Below, one piece after another: positions 1 through 10,375 of a stretch of 41,244 nt of DNA. The notes under the pieces were generated by a model. That model was not told the origin of the DNA, searched no databases, and saw only the letters and a list, made by a program, of their open reading frames with translations. How positions within the stretch are numbered: the stretch's first letter is position 1; each line of letters opens with the position of its first letter. The DNA is from Catajapyx aquilonaris (lineage: Eukaryota). Where the stretch lies: NCBI GenBank assembly GCA_000934665.2, contig KZ538904.1, positions 1-41,244 of the forward strand, given 5' to 3'. Made by a program: the position numbers and the translations under genes.

Positions 1-713
1 CCTCTTTCATTTGGTGTATAACACGTTCATGTACTGTTGATAGGTACGGAGCTATATGCATTTGTAATTGTACTATTCATTTGTAATCACCCTGTATATA
101 ATAAATAATGGAAATTTGAACTACTTCCAGCTATAACCCGTGTTACATTTTTAAATCTTCACTTGGCTTTCTGGGAGAGTGCCATGAAAATGGCCAAGCT
201 GTGAGGCTAAGAGCGCTTGGTGTCCTGTAATAGCCTACGGTAGCATGCCAAGATGACACTTGAGTAATAACAGTCGCACCTCACCTCATCACGTTGTACA
301 TGTTTGGTTTGCCTTTCACAAAAATAGTGACTTGTGTTGCACATCAATTAGAATTCATTAGAACTAGTAATGTGTTCCATATGTTGCTAAAGAAGCAACA
401 ACAAAATGGGTCACTCCCACCACAAAGAAAAAATAGCATAAGTTATATCAAAATTGGACATTTGCTTCATGAGTGATGTGCTCATACAACCTAATGCCTG
501 ACTATGTGAGAATTTTCAGAAAGCTGCCCTGTTGAAAGCTCCTCTTTCCCTGACACATAATTTGCATTCATACAACTGGCTCTCAAACTGAAGTGATCAC
601 AAGGTGAGGTCACATGCCGTCTGCTTAAGGAAATCTAGTTGGCTAATATTTACATAACCATTAAGAAATATAAGCTTGTACAGATGAGATCACAAAGAAC
701 CAATCAATCTTAC

Positions 714-955
714 CACACATGTGCAGTGCCTTGACAATCAGCCAGCGGAAGGTCCGGAAAATGGCTAGCAGAGAAAAGAACTGCTGGATTTGTTGGCGCA
801 TATGTTGGAATTCCCCAGCTATATTGGCAAAAGCCATAAACGATGACTGCACAGTTTGAAATGTGGCTTCTACCATGGCTGCTATTGATGAAACTGCATG
901 GACAAAAGCTTCAACTGTCTGAAAGGCTGGCTGGGGTCCATTGTCAAAACCTGGC
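714..955 (-). CDS. PEX13: PEX13 coding exon 3 (Peroxin-13_N domain); gene continues beyond window start
   Basis: Acceptor gcatttttcag|, donor G|gtaag. Encodes QPAFQTVEAFVHAVSSIAAMVEATFQTVQSSFMAFANIAGEFQHMRQQI, matching the Pex13 AFQ.IE..V.A...MLEST...SF pattern. Frame is continuous with exons 1-2. Confidence 0.9.
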
Positions 956-1141
956 CTGAAAAATGCAACATCAATATTAGGCGAGCAGAGGACCGTGACA
1001 TTTGTTCAATGATAGTTCATGCTGCATGATAATATGCCAGCATTTTGTCTGACTAACAACAAAAGGGATGGCCTATCAGGAAAGATACAACCAATATTAA
1101 AATGAGATGGGTACTAAACACGCAAAAAGATTGTCTCACAC

Positions 1142-1312
1142 TATCTGTGTGGTGTCCGCGGCTTTTTGTTTACCCTCCTGCCCCAAGGGTCATGGCCGGA
1201 TCCAGGTGTTTGGGGTGATTGTACAGTACGCCCCATCACTCCAAACACTGTCACCCGGCAACAACCCTTGCGGCAGGCGGGTAAACAAAAAGTCGCGGAC
1301 ACCACACGGATA
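1142..1312. mobile_element. Fold-back MITE-like inverted repeat in PEX13 intron 2
   Basis: tatctgtgtggtgtccgcggctttttgtttaccc pairs with gggtaaacaaaaagtcgcggacaccacacggata; pairing continues almost to the centre; TA at both ends. Confidence 0.7.
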
Positions 1313-1468
1313 CCGTGCAACAATCTTTTTGCCTGTTATAGTACATCCCCAGCCAAGTAGGCAAAAGTTTTATATCTAGAATTTTGGCGAAAATGTGCAA
1401 CAGAGACAGAATGAAGTGTTGTCAGACGAATTAACATAGGTCTCACTGTGATGCCATTAGCAGCATAC

Positions 1469-1780
1469 CTTCCATTGCCTAGGATTCCCACATTGCCATA
1501 GCTGCCACCATAGGGTCCATATCCGCCATATCCTCCATAGCTGCCTCCATAGCTGCCACCATAGGGTCCATAATTCCCATAGCCGTACATGGCTCGGCGT
1601 CCATACGATTGGTATGGGGAACCAATGGCTCCAGGGTAATAATTATTGTATGCATTATTCCACATCTGGTGGCGTGCAGGGATTGGCGGAGGGATTGATG
1701 AAGGCCTTCCCACAAAGGCATTTCCACCCCCACCTCCATCAGGTCCAGCATGGGTTCCTCCAGCGACACTGTGGGGATTA
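1469..1780 (-). CDS. PEX13: PEX13 coding exon 2 (Pro-rich segment and Tyr-Gly repeat domain)
   Basis: Acceptor ttttgtcttttcacag|, donor AG|gtatgc, phase 2 to phase 2. Encodes RPSSIPPPIPAR followed by YGYGNYGPYGGSYGGSYGGYGGYGPYGG, typical of Pex13. Confidence 0.9.
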
Positions 1781-2155
1781 CTGTGAAAAGACAAAAGTAT
1801 TTAGGACTATTATTTCCATCTGCTATTGGGTTTAAAAAACTCAAATAATGCAAAAACCACTGGCTGCCTCTATAAGCATGTTTCACTTTTAATATCATAT
1901 TCAAATGGCACATTGATGTACTATCAGCACAGAAATGGTCGGGACACTTGGGGGCAGGCTGACCATTGGCAAGTGTCCGGAGAATTTCCGTTCTGATAGT
2001 ACAGTACATGCAACATGACACACGCCTGCTGCTGCCATAGCACTGTCATGAGCTATAATGCAGGTTTCCTATGCAAATCATTCCAAGTTGTCCTAACTAT
2101 TGTTTACTTATACCCTGCCTCCCTGATGGTATCTCCCACTTGTTGTGTCGCTTAA

Positions 2156-2338
2156 AGCTGGGTATACACGTAGCGAGTTACTTGGCCCAGCAGTGTGGAG
2201 AGTAGCCTACTGCGCATGCTCACTCGCCACCCGAATGGGTTTCAGGCCGATTCACAGGGCAAGTTGGAGGGCGTGTAGGCTACTGCGCAAGCGTAATCCC
2301 CTACTGGGCCGAGTAACTCGCTTCGTGTGTAGCCTGCT
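2156..2338. mobile_element. PIF/Harbinger (Tourist-like) MITE
   Basis: About 35-bp imperfect TIRs (agctgggtatacacgtagcgagttacttggcccag / ctgggccgagtaactcgcttcgtgtgtagcctgct) flanked by TAA on both sides. Confidence 0.75.
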
Positions 2339-3157
2339 TAAGCTTCACAAGGATCTTATCTATCAATTTACAGAGTCAGGCTGCCAGCAGAGCAACAGGG
2401 AATATTGGACAAAGTATTAGATCCTATCAAAAAATAACTAACCATCAATAGCGCAACATATGAGGAGCACCACACAGTAATCAGACAATTTAGAAGTTTG
2501 GACCCACAATATGCACCACATGTGACACATGGCATGTCCTGTCACTGGCAACAATTGAAAGTTGCCAGAACTGGTCATGCACATCCAATGGTCTGCTTCC
2601 TTACTAGCATCTGGCACAAAAATCCAAAATAGGGGTGCAAAATTGGTGGCACATAGGTGACGAATCACCTTTTCGGGTGACGGATCTTTGGATGCAAAAC
2701 CAGTGTTCTAAATCACTTATCCAATGATATCATTGCACATGCACAAATTGGATCAAGGCAAACAAACACAAATCACCTTTTCTTTATAACTTATGTGGGA
2801 AGTGATCAATTACTTTTTCTGTACAAACCACGAGTGTGCCATGGCTGAAGCAAAACGTGCATTCCCAACCAACTTCCGCAATATAAACAGGCAGGTGGAT
2901 ATCCGAGTCTCCCAACCTGCGCCGAGACACCATATTTCTCCCATGGAATTATAGCAAAGAAATATGTCACGGCTGCTGGATTTATGGTCAGCCTGTCCGC
3001 TACTGTTCTAAATTCCCCTGCACTGCTTAGTGTGGGCCAGGGGAGGGGGGGGGGGGNNGGGGGGGGGGGGCTGGATGGTAGATTTTCATACTCTACTACC
3101 AACAGGTTAAATCCGCCCTTCATGAACAAAACTGAATGCACCTCATGCTACACGTAC

Positions 3158-3243
3158 TTGAGCTGATCCAGAATCTCAGGCTGACGCTGGTTCACCCCAG
3201 GCGCCGTCAGCCCAGATTCCCAAGGTTTCTTAGGCGCAGCCAT
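3158..3243 (-). CDS. PEX13: PEX13 (peroxin 13) coding exon 1
   Basis: Encodes MAAPKKPWESGLTAPGVNQRQPEILDQL. KPWE is the hallmark N-terminal motif of Pex13. Ends at donor AA|gtacgt (phase 2). Alternative in-frame ATGs at 3249 and 3351. Confidence 0.85.
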
Positions 3244-3499
3244 TAGCATGTCCAGCTTCTCCCATTTCTCCAACCGTGTCTGCAACTCACTTATCTGATG
3301 CTTTGCAGGTCTACTATACGGAGATTCGCCACGCCGTCGATGGGGGGCCATGCTTGCCCGTGATACCAATAAAGTGGGACAAGAGCCGTGGAAGAGTATC
3401 AGCAGCCTCACTGTCTGGCTTCCGCCATACGCCGGTTCCTCCGACCCAACCCGTCCCCTGTGCCCTTTGACCTCGGAGGGCCAGCTGCCCATATATGGT

Positions 3500-3860
3500 T
3501 GGCATTTATGTGTTGGATGCTGCCATCTTGTGTTAGCGCCGCAAAAATCAAGCTGACTGTTTCATATCCAGTATCCGGTTTTATTTATTATATTAATCAT
3601 AAAAGGCCGTATTACATTTTACTTCAATGAGCAACCGTGTGTTAAACAATTCATGCACCATTGAAAAAACGAAAGTCATTTGAAACCCGACACTCTTCCG
3701 TGGCTATTCAGCAGGACGAGCAGGACGGACCAGGACATTGGTTTTGGCACCCTTGCTGCTGCTGGTAACCCTGTCCAGTTGTGACGTTTCTTCCGGCTTT
3801 TTCCGGTGTGGCTGATCACGTCGCTGCGGTGGATTGTGAGTGGTGAGTGCGAGAACGGTA
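3500..3860. promoter_or_regulatory. Probable shared (bidirectional) PEX13/RPS7 promoter and RPS7 non-coding first exon
   Basis: Lies between the divergent genes. YY1-like GCCATCTT at 3522, CRE-like GTGACGT at 3781, ETS-like TTCCGG at 3791 and 3801, pyrimidine TOP-like CTTTTTCC at 3797, donor-like gtgagt/gtacgt at 3836-3863. The RPS7 ATG directly follows an acceptor, so an upstream exon is required. Confidence 0.55.
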
Positions 3861-4743
3861 CGTGGAGGAGGGAAGGGAGTTTGTTGCATGTGCTGTTGCG
3901 GTTCTGGTTCATCGGTGTGGTCTGACTGATTGGCGGTATGGTGATGGGGTATTTCGAGAGTGTGTGGCGGCAGGGGTTGTGTCGGATGAAGGGTGGCAAG
4001 TGGGATATGGCCGGATTGTATATTGGTACTCAGGTGGTCATGGGGATGGCCTGTATGGAATGGGAGGGTGATGCTAGTAGGTGTAACACTATAACATGGC
4101 AAACCCCAAACAGGGTGGAGGAGAGTTGTACGGAATTTGACCCAGAGTGACGTATCATGCCGCAGTAGTTACAAAGTATGACCCTGGCCCTCCACTGTTG
4201 GCTTAGCTTAGTATGGGTGTGTAATGTCACTTATCGCAACATACTTTTCAAAGCATTGGCCATTGAATTTTTCTGTTCCATCATGAGACTAGTCATGTCT
4301 GCTGCCATGTGCTTCAAGCAGGATGCGGGCTTACCATAGGTTCTGAAAAATAGGTGTCATATTCAGGAATTTGCACTGGAAGGTTTTTTTTTTTTGTTCC
4401 CACCATGTGGATTGCTCATAAATGTCAGTAGAGGAGCCCCAGTGCTTATCTCGAAGAATGTCGCTGATGAGTTAACTCCATGGCATAGGAATGCGCATAG
4501 CGCGCACACTACAATTGAGGCTGGTTCAAGCTTGATTTGCATTAGTAACCTTTCATTTCAAGGAATTAAGTAGGACTCGGAGTATGGTATGCCAAAAATG
4601 TTAATAAATTTAATGGCCAATCTCACAAGGAGTTAGGAGGGACTACTGGGATTGAATTTAGTAAGGGAAGACTTTGGTGTGGGGCACCTTCTTTGAGCAC
4701 TACGGATCATCACAGGGCTGGTTCCGAAATCTTAACAGTGTTA

Positions 4744-5407
4744 AGGTGCATTCACATTGCGTCTCATTCACATTGCTTTTTCGCGTCTTTTAAGTCACGA
4801 ACTGAGTGAATTTTTGGAAAATTTTTCAGGCATTCACGTATCTGCTATGCGACAAACTTGTTAGTTATGGAGCACATGCTGTGCAGCAGGGCAGGTAGGA
4901 GGGAGGACGGGGTCGGAGTCGTGTGGGCAGGGGGAGGTCTTGGGCTGAGAAAGATGACGGAGCCCTGTGCTGCGGAGGCAGCCGGCATGGCAGTGAAAAT
5001 GCTGCTGAACCGACCTCGGAAGGGCGTCCAGGTCACAGTGCACCAAGTGGGGCAAGAGCTGGACATGGTGGGGAGGCTGGACGGGTCGGGAGTTTGCAAC
5101 AAAAAATAGGTAACTTCAGAGCTTGGGCATCCGTATTCCCAACATGGCTGAGGAAGGCCGACAAGTCCGCGTGGCGGCGCTGGGTGGCTCGAACCAGCCC
5201 CAAAATGCGCTCGCGTCAAAAATTCGCTTCTATCTGGCTCTGACAGAGGAGCGCGATTTTTAGTTTAGTCACCTAACCTAATGACCTAAATTTGTTCATG
5301 TCTAGGAGAAAATCGCCGATACGTGAATGCCTTTGGCCAGACGCGAATTCGCTGAAAGCTGAAATTCGCTCACTTTTGATCAAGATCGCATATATGTGAA
5401 CGCACCT
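4744..5407. mobile_element. PIF/Harbinger-like MITE in RPS7 intron 1
   Basis: TIRs aggtgcattcacat / atgtgaacgcacct with TTA target duplication on both sides. Confidence 0.7.
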
Positions 5408-5875
5408 TTAATGCAACTTGTGCACATAACAGCCAATCTGACTAACTTGTAGGATTGCAGACACCCTCACAGAAGTCAACAGGAAAAGCTGTAATGGCAC
5501 TACACAAAATGAATTTGTGTACCATTTTCATTGCAATTTGCCTGTAGTCCTTTCTGTCAACTTGGTGTGACGTGGTGTCAGTTAGCCAGTGACAGCATAA
5601 CAGTGGTAATAGTTTATTTCTTTTGCTAATGGGAGGGTCTGCTGCCGACATTTCTGGAGATGATCAAGTCTCTCAAGTTGTCACATGGCTCTTTAGGATT
5701 CAGGTGGGACTCAAGATAGTGTACTGAGCTCAGAGCACCTCTAAATAGCTAGCAGGCATTGTGGTGTCACCAGGTTTTGATAATTATTATTTAGACGTGC
5801 CTAGTAGGCCAGTATTACTGCCCTTCAATAGCTCGACACTTTGTCATTACCAATTTATTTTGAACTCCCTTTCAG

Positions 5876-6231
5876 ATGTTCACGGCAGCACGGAAGATCG
5901 TGAAGCCCGATGGGGCTCAAGCAGATGAGTTTGAACGCAACATCTCACAAGCTCTACTGGAGCTGGAGATGAACAGCGACTTAAAGGGTCAGCTCCGTGA
6001 GCTGCACATCACTGGTGCCAGAGAGGTGGACATTGGCAGTGGCAAGAAGGCCATCATCATCTTCGTGCCAGTTCCCCAGCTGAAGAACTTCCAGAAGGTC
6101 CAAACCCGCCTGGTGCGAGAACTGGAAAAGAAGTTCAGTGGGAAACACGTTGTTTTCATCGCCCAGCGCCGCATTCTGCCCAAGCCTACAAGGAAGACCG
6201 CGATGAAGCTCAAAGAGAAAAGGCCGCGGAG
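5876..6231 (+). CDS. RPS7: 40S ribosomal protein S7 (eS7), coding exon 1
   Basis: ccctttcag|ATG. Encodes [11 protein letters not shown]...[11 protein letters not shown]...[27 protein letters not shown]. Donor AG|gtctgt. Confidence 0.98.
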
Positions 6232-6289
6232 GTCTGTTATCTTCTTGTTGACTATTTGAACTAGGGCAATAATTCCTCGCTTCTTTCAG

Positions 6290-6440
6290 TCGCACACTCA
6301 CTTCTGTCCACGATGCTATTCTCGAGGACCTGGTTTTTCCAGCGGAGATTGTGGGGAAGCGTATAAGGATCAAGCTTGATGCTTCGAGGCTGATCAAAGT
6401 TCACCTGGACAAAAACCAGCAGACGAACATTGAGCACAAG
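6290..6440 (+). CDS. RPS7: RPS7 coding exon 2
   Basis: Follows a 58-nt intron (acceptor ttctttcag). Encodes [51 protein letters not shown]. Donor AAG|gtagag. Confidence 0.97.
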
Positions 6441-6614
6441 GTAGAGAAAATTCTTTGAAAAATAAATCATTGAGTTGGATTAGTCCACTGTGATGTGACG
6501 GCCAATTTGCATGGGTCCTTTCAAGTTCCTGCTTATAAACTGCCAGAAAGTAACATGAGCAGTAGGCCTACACAAGCAGGCTGTACACAAGCAGTACAAA
6601 GCAGCTCATGAGTG

Positions 6615-6824
6615 AGTGCGTTTACAAGGGACTAAAAATCGGCCTAGCCTATGCTAGGCGAACCGGTTTACTCCCATGTAGCCGCTGGGCCTACGATAGA
6701 CCGGCCTTGTCTGATCCGTTGTCGGGCGCAGCCCAAGCCTTTTGGATCGGGTGGTCTACCTAAGGCGATAGCCTTGCTAAGGAAGCCTGGGTCAGGCCGA
6801 TTTTTAGTCCCATGTAAACGTACT
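6615..6824. mobile_element. Harbinger-like MITE
   Basis: TIRs agtgcgtttacaagggactaaaaatcggcct / aggccgatttttagtcccatgtaaacgtact. Confidence 0.7.
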
Positions 6825-6998
6825 TCGTGACAGGAATGTTTGTATCAGGGTTCGTGGGTTTAAACCATGGTTTAAATCAAGTGGTTTTTTTAAAAACCAT
6901 GGTTTCTTAATGAAAAGTAATTACAATTACTTTTAAAATTTACTTATGTTACTGCAAATTTAGACAAATTAAATAATTCAATGATCTATTTAAATTAC

Positions 6999-7407
6999 AG
7001 GGACACTCCAAAAACAAGTTAGTCTCTAATAATAATTGGGCAAAAAATCCTGAATCCAACAGTGGAATTCATTTTTTGCTACGTAGAACGGTAATCCCAG
7101 GGAGAGGGGTCAAAATGGGTGATTGACGTCGACTGCTGTCAGCTGGCCACTCCGCCAGCGCCACCCTCGGGACCTTGGGAACTGGAGGACTGCTCCCACC
7201 TGCTGGCGCGCTTGGGCCCATCCCAGAGCGGTGCAGGTGGAGGTTTCCCCTGATCCCCGCGTGGTGGCGCCGCTCAGCAGACGACAGACTTCGACCCTTC
7301 GCCCTAGGATTACCGTTCCGCGTAATGAAAAATTGATTGCACCGTCGGATTCAGGATTTTTTTCCAACTTTTTAGAGACCAACTTGTTTTTGGAGTGGAG
7401 TGCCCCT
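6999..7407. mobile_element. MITE with long imperfect TIRs
   Basis: cactccaaaaacaagttagtctcta / tagagaccaacttgtttttggagtg, plus an inner pair aaaaaatcctgaatcc / ggattcaggatttttt. Confidence 0.65.
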
Positions 7408-7419
7408 TTAACCTAATTA

Positions 7420-7951
7420 CCGTATTACCCCTCATGTTACGGCACGCCGGTATAACCCGGGGGTGGCTGGCATGCGACAATAACCGAGGTAGATTTCCGT
7501 AATTTTGATCCTTGCCAAATTTTTTTGGAATGCTTCTGGTAGCATACTAAAATAATGTTACAATGAAAATGGGCGAGTGTATAGGCTGTGAGAATGTGTC
7601 TATTCTGTTACACAGTGCATTTTAAAAATGTAGAGAGTATGACCAATTCCATCGTCAGCCTGCTTTGACATGGAACCCCCTGCTCTGACATACCGTTTAA
7701 ATAGACTATTGCCAAACACTGCGATTGAAAACTATATATGGTACGGGTACCCTATTTGGAAAATGTGCCTTTTCGATAGCCTTTACGTGAATTTCGATTT
7801 TCAGGCAAATGTCAAGTTCAGAAAGGATAATGTAACTTATGTGAAAACCTCGCCTTATACCGGCATGCCGGTATAGCCACCAGATCATGCATTTCTAAAA
7901 ACTGGTCGACCTCCCCTACACTGGCATGCCGCAATATGAGAGGTAATACGG
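7420..7951. mobile_element. Tc1/mariner-pogo-type MITE (CCGTA termini, TA TSD)
   Basis: TA|ccgtattacccctcatgttacggcacgccggt ... actggcatgccgcaatatgagaggtaatacgg|TA. Confidence 0.75.
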
Positions 7952-8391
7952 TAGTAATTGACCGAATGGGTAGTTTTTAATACAGAGTACGGGACTTCCT
8001 TTGTTACTGACACTACAGAAATGAAAAAAAGGGGTCCTAAAAGAATATTTTTGTAGCATTACAGGTTTGTGAATACATGAAAAATTCACCAGTTTTATTT
8101 ACATTTATTTGATTAGTATACATATTTTTTCACTAAGCTAGGTCAAGGATTCTTGAAGGGATATTATTATACAGGTATGAAATGGCCATTTAAATTTTTT
8201 TACTTAGATTTTTAAGCAAAATGGGGTAAAATGTGAATTTTACCCCATGAGTTTTCCATTTTATCCCCACCCCTGGTATAAAATGGGTATAAAACATGAG
8301 TGCAATATTTTTGTTATAATGTTTAAATTCTTCTTTCAATAAGCACATCGTATAAAGTAAAAAAACAAACAAGGTTTTGCTTATAATTGGA

Positions 8392-8529
8392 CAGTTGCTT
8401 ACAGCACAGGCTTCTTCAGCAAGTGTTGAAAGAATCTTTTCATCATTTGGGTTACTGCATTCAAAACTGCGTAATCGGTTGGGCACAGAGAAAGCATCTA
8501 AACTTGTGTTTCCGTTTCAAGTATTTAAT
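8392..8529 (+). mobile_element. hAT transposase C-terminal dimerisation-domain remnant
   Basis: Translates QLLTAQASSASVERIFSSFGLLHSKLRNRLGTEKASKLVF, the SS..ER.FS.....RNRL motif of hAT transposases. A hAT-like end (cagggttcgtgggtttaaacc) lies at 6846. Confidence 0.8.
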
Positions 8530-8636
8530 AGTGATGTGTGTGTGAAAACGTAAGCAAAAAATAAAAACAGAAAAATGTTTTCAACCAGAAAAATAGTGTG
8601 TATAGTTATTTTATCATTTGATGTGTAAATCATTAA

Positions 8637-9484
8637 CCCAGTTATGCCAGGAAAAGTTTTTGTTGAATTTTTGAACTGTTTTTTGGTTTCTATTCGTTCA
8701 TATTAGTTCCCAAAACACAAAAATTGAGATCAAACATTTTTCTGACTGCTTGTTTGCGAGAAAATGGCCATTCCCTATAATTATGGGATGCTAGGAAAAT
8801 GTAACCTAGTATGGCTATAATAGATAGTTGTTGATTACATTACCATGGCAACAGTGACATTCAGCAATAGCCATAGTTTCATAATATCATCAATGATTGA
8901 TTGTTGCCTATTGCATTACCATGGAAACAAGCCGTGCAAAGAATGGGTTGTGATCGAGTAACAATCAACAACAATCAAGGATTGTTGCAACGGTTGCCAT
9001 GTTAACCAATTGTCATGTAATCTCATTTTAATTGTATGGATTCATTAAAATACACTTCAACAAAGCGTACAAAATCCACACACATACTTGTCCAAATGTG
9101 GGAGCATTTGCCTCTTGTGTTCACCCGAGGGGACACCAGATTTCAACACTACTCTCAGACGAGGAAAGTAAAAAATATGCCTATATTTTCCCGTCGACAT
9201 CATTCCTAACTTTTCTAAGTATTACAAACAATAAATAACTCCTAACATAATCAATATTCGAGAATTAATTACTAATCATATTTGGAACATGAAGGTGCAG
9301 CCATTATTTCCTGAGTTAAAATTCAAACACCTGTATCTTAAAAAGCTGAAGCAATATTTGAGCAGGTTTGAAATTGCATCGTTAACTGGGACTCTCCTGA
9401 AGCCCCCCGTGACTACTGCCAGCTCTTTAGCAGCAGAAGAACAAGCGCAAAATAATTAAAACATAACAACTGTGCATATCTGGG
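8637..9484. mobile_element. piggyBac-like MITE
   Basis: TTAA|cccagttatgc ... gcatatctggg|TTAA. Confidence 0.65.
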
Positions 9485-9685
9485 TTAATAAGGCTGTTTT
9501 ATGCATAGAAGATACAATGTTAGTGCTTTTTGAACTCAAGTTAATTTGTTTTAGTATTGTACAGTATTATACAATGGCACTATTCTGTTATTTACTACTA
9601 CTACTTTTGGAGATACTTGGATGATGCAACCCACCCTGAATGATGTATTCATTCTATTGAATCATTTTCTATACTATCGACAGTT

Positions 9686-9815
9686 TGCACCCACGAGTTC
9701 ATGGATGGCTTTTGTTAATGCATATCTATGATCCACAATGGTGCTAGATCAAGCTTTGGTGGTTCAATGTGGACAATGTCTTGTACATTTGTCAATGGAA
9801 CTGCCACATACATGT
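9686..9815 (+). ncRNA. Intronic box H/ACA snoRNA candidate
   Basis: Hairpin 1 (gcacc 9687 / ggtgc 9744, upper stem tcatgga / tctatga), H box AGATCA at 9746-9751, hairpin 2 (ggtggttc / gaactgcc; gacaatgt / acatttgtc), ACA at 9806 or 9810. About 130 nt, ending about 46 nt upstream of the RPS7 acceptor. Confidence 0.7.
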
Positions 9816-9861
9816 TCTGATCTCTTGTGGTATGGTTCTAAATTTCATAACTTTGTTTCAG

Positions 9862-9939
9862 GTGGACACATTCTCTGCTGTGTACAAGAAGCTGACGGGC
9901 AAGAGTGTCACTTTTGAGTTCCCGGAGCCTTACCTGTAA
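9862..9939 (+). CDS. RPS7: RPS7 terminal coding exon
   Basis: Acceptor ctttgtttcag|. Encodes VDTFSAVYKKLTGKSVTFEFPEPYL-stop. Total CDS 585 nt = 194 aa. Confidence 0.97.
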   Translation: MDTFSAVYKKLTGKSVTFEFPEPYL

Positions 9940-9984
9940 AGTTGTGCACAGGTACACTAAGTGAGGAGAAGTCTACCTGATTCC

Positions 9985-9990
9985 AATAAA
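9985..9990 (+). terminator. Polyadenylation signal of RPS7
   Basis: AATAAA 45 nt after the stop codon, followed by a T-rich tract. Confidence 0.75.
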
Positions 9991-10375
9991 AAAGTAATTG
10001 GAAACAAACTTTATTTTCTTCACCCAGTTGTCACTCAAGGATTCTGGCGGTGTTGATGGTAAAAATTCTGCAGAATAATATGGCAATGGTGAACTGGGGC
10101 AGTCAGTTTCCTAACACGGAGCAATTTGATGTCTGGAATAACATTTATTTATGGGGTAGGGAAAAGGACAAGATGATTGATATCTGGAAAGGTCCCTAGA
10201 ATACTACTGGGAAAAAGAGCCTTGTACCCAGTGCTGTCGCGACGGGGGTACGTGGGTATACGGCATATACCCAGTTGAGCAATACGCAATGTGAGGCTAT
10301 AGGCCGGTATACGGTGCGTATACCTTACACCGGCAAGGCTCTCAATAAAGCTCATTTCGTTGATCCTCTCAAATA

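Noticed and set aside
3040..3071. Long G-run as a G-quadruplex or regulatory element
   Set aside because: Contains Ns. All N positions in the window (3057, 11167, 18412, 39884) fall in G/C homopolymers, so their lengths are unreliable.
6232..6259. RPS7 ending at 6259 as in the ORF track
   Set aside because: This is read-through into the 58-nt intron; the conserved sequence resumes at 6290.
5981..6470. Antisense ORFs over RPS7, and similar ones over the LRR and RNase H1 exons
   Set aside because: Shadow ORFs of real coding sequence with no independent support.
3860..9861. U17/snR30 snoRNA in RPS7 introns
   Set aside because: The diagnostic ATATTCCTA and AAACCAT motifs were not found together in a 3' hairpin.
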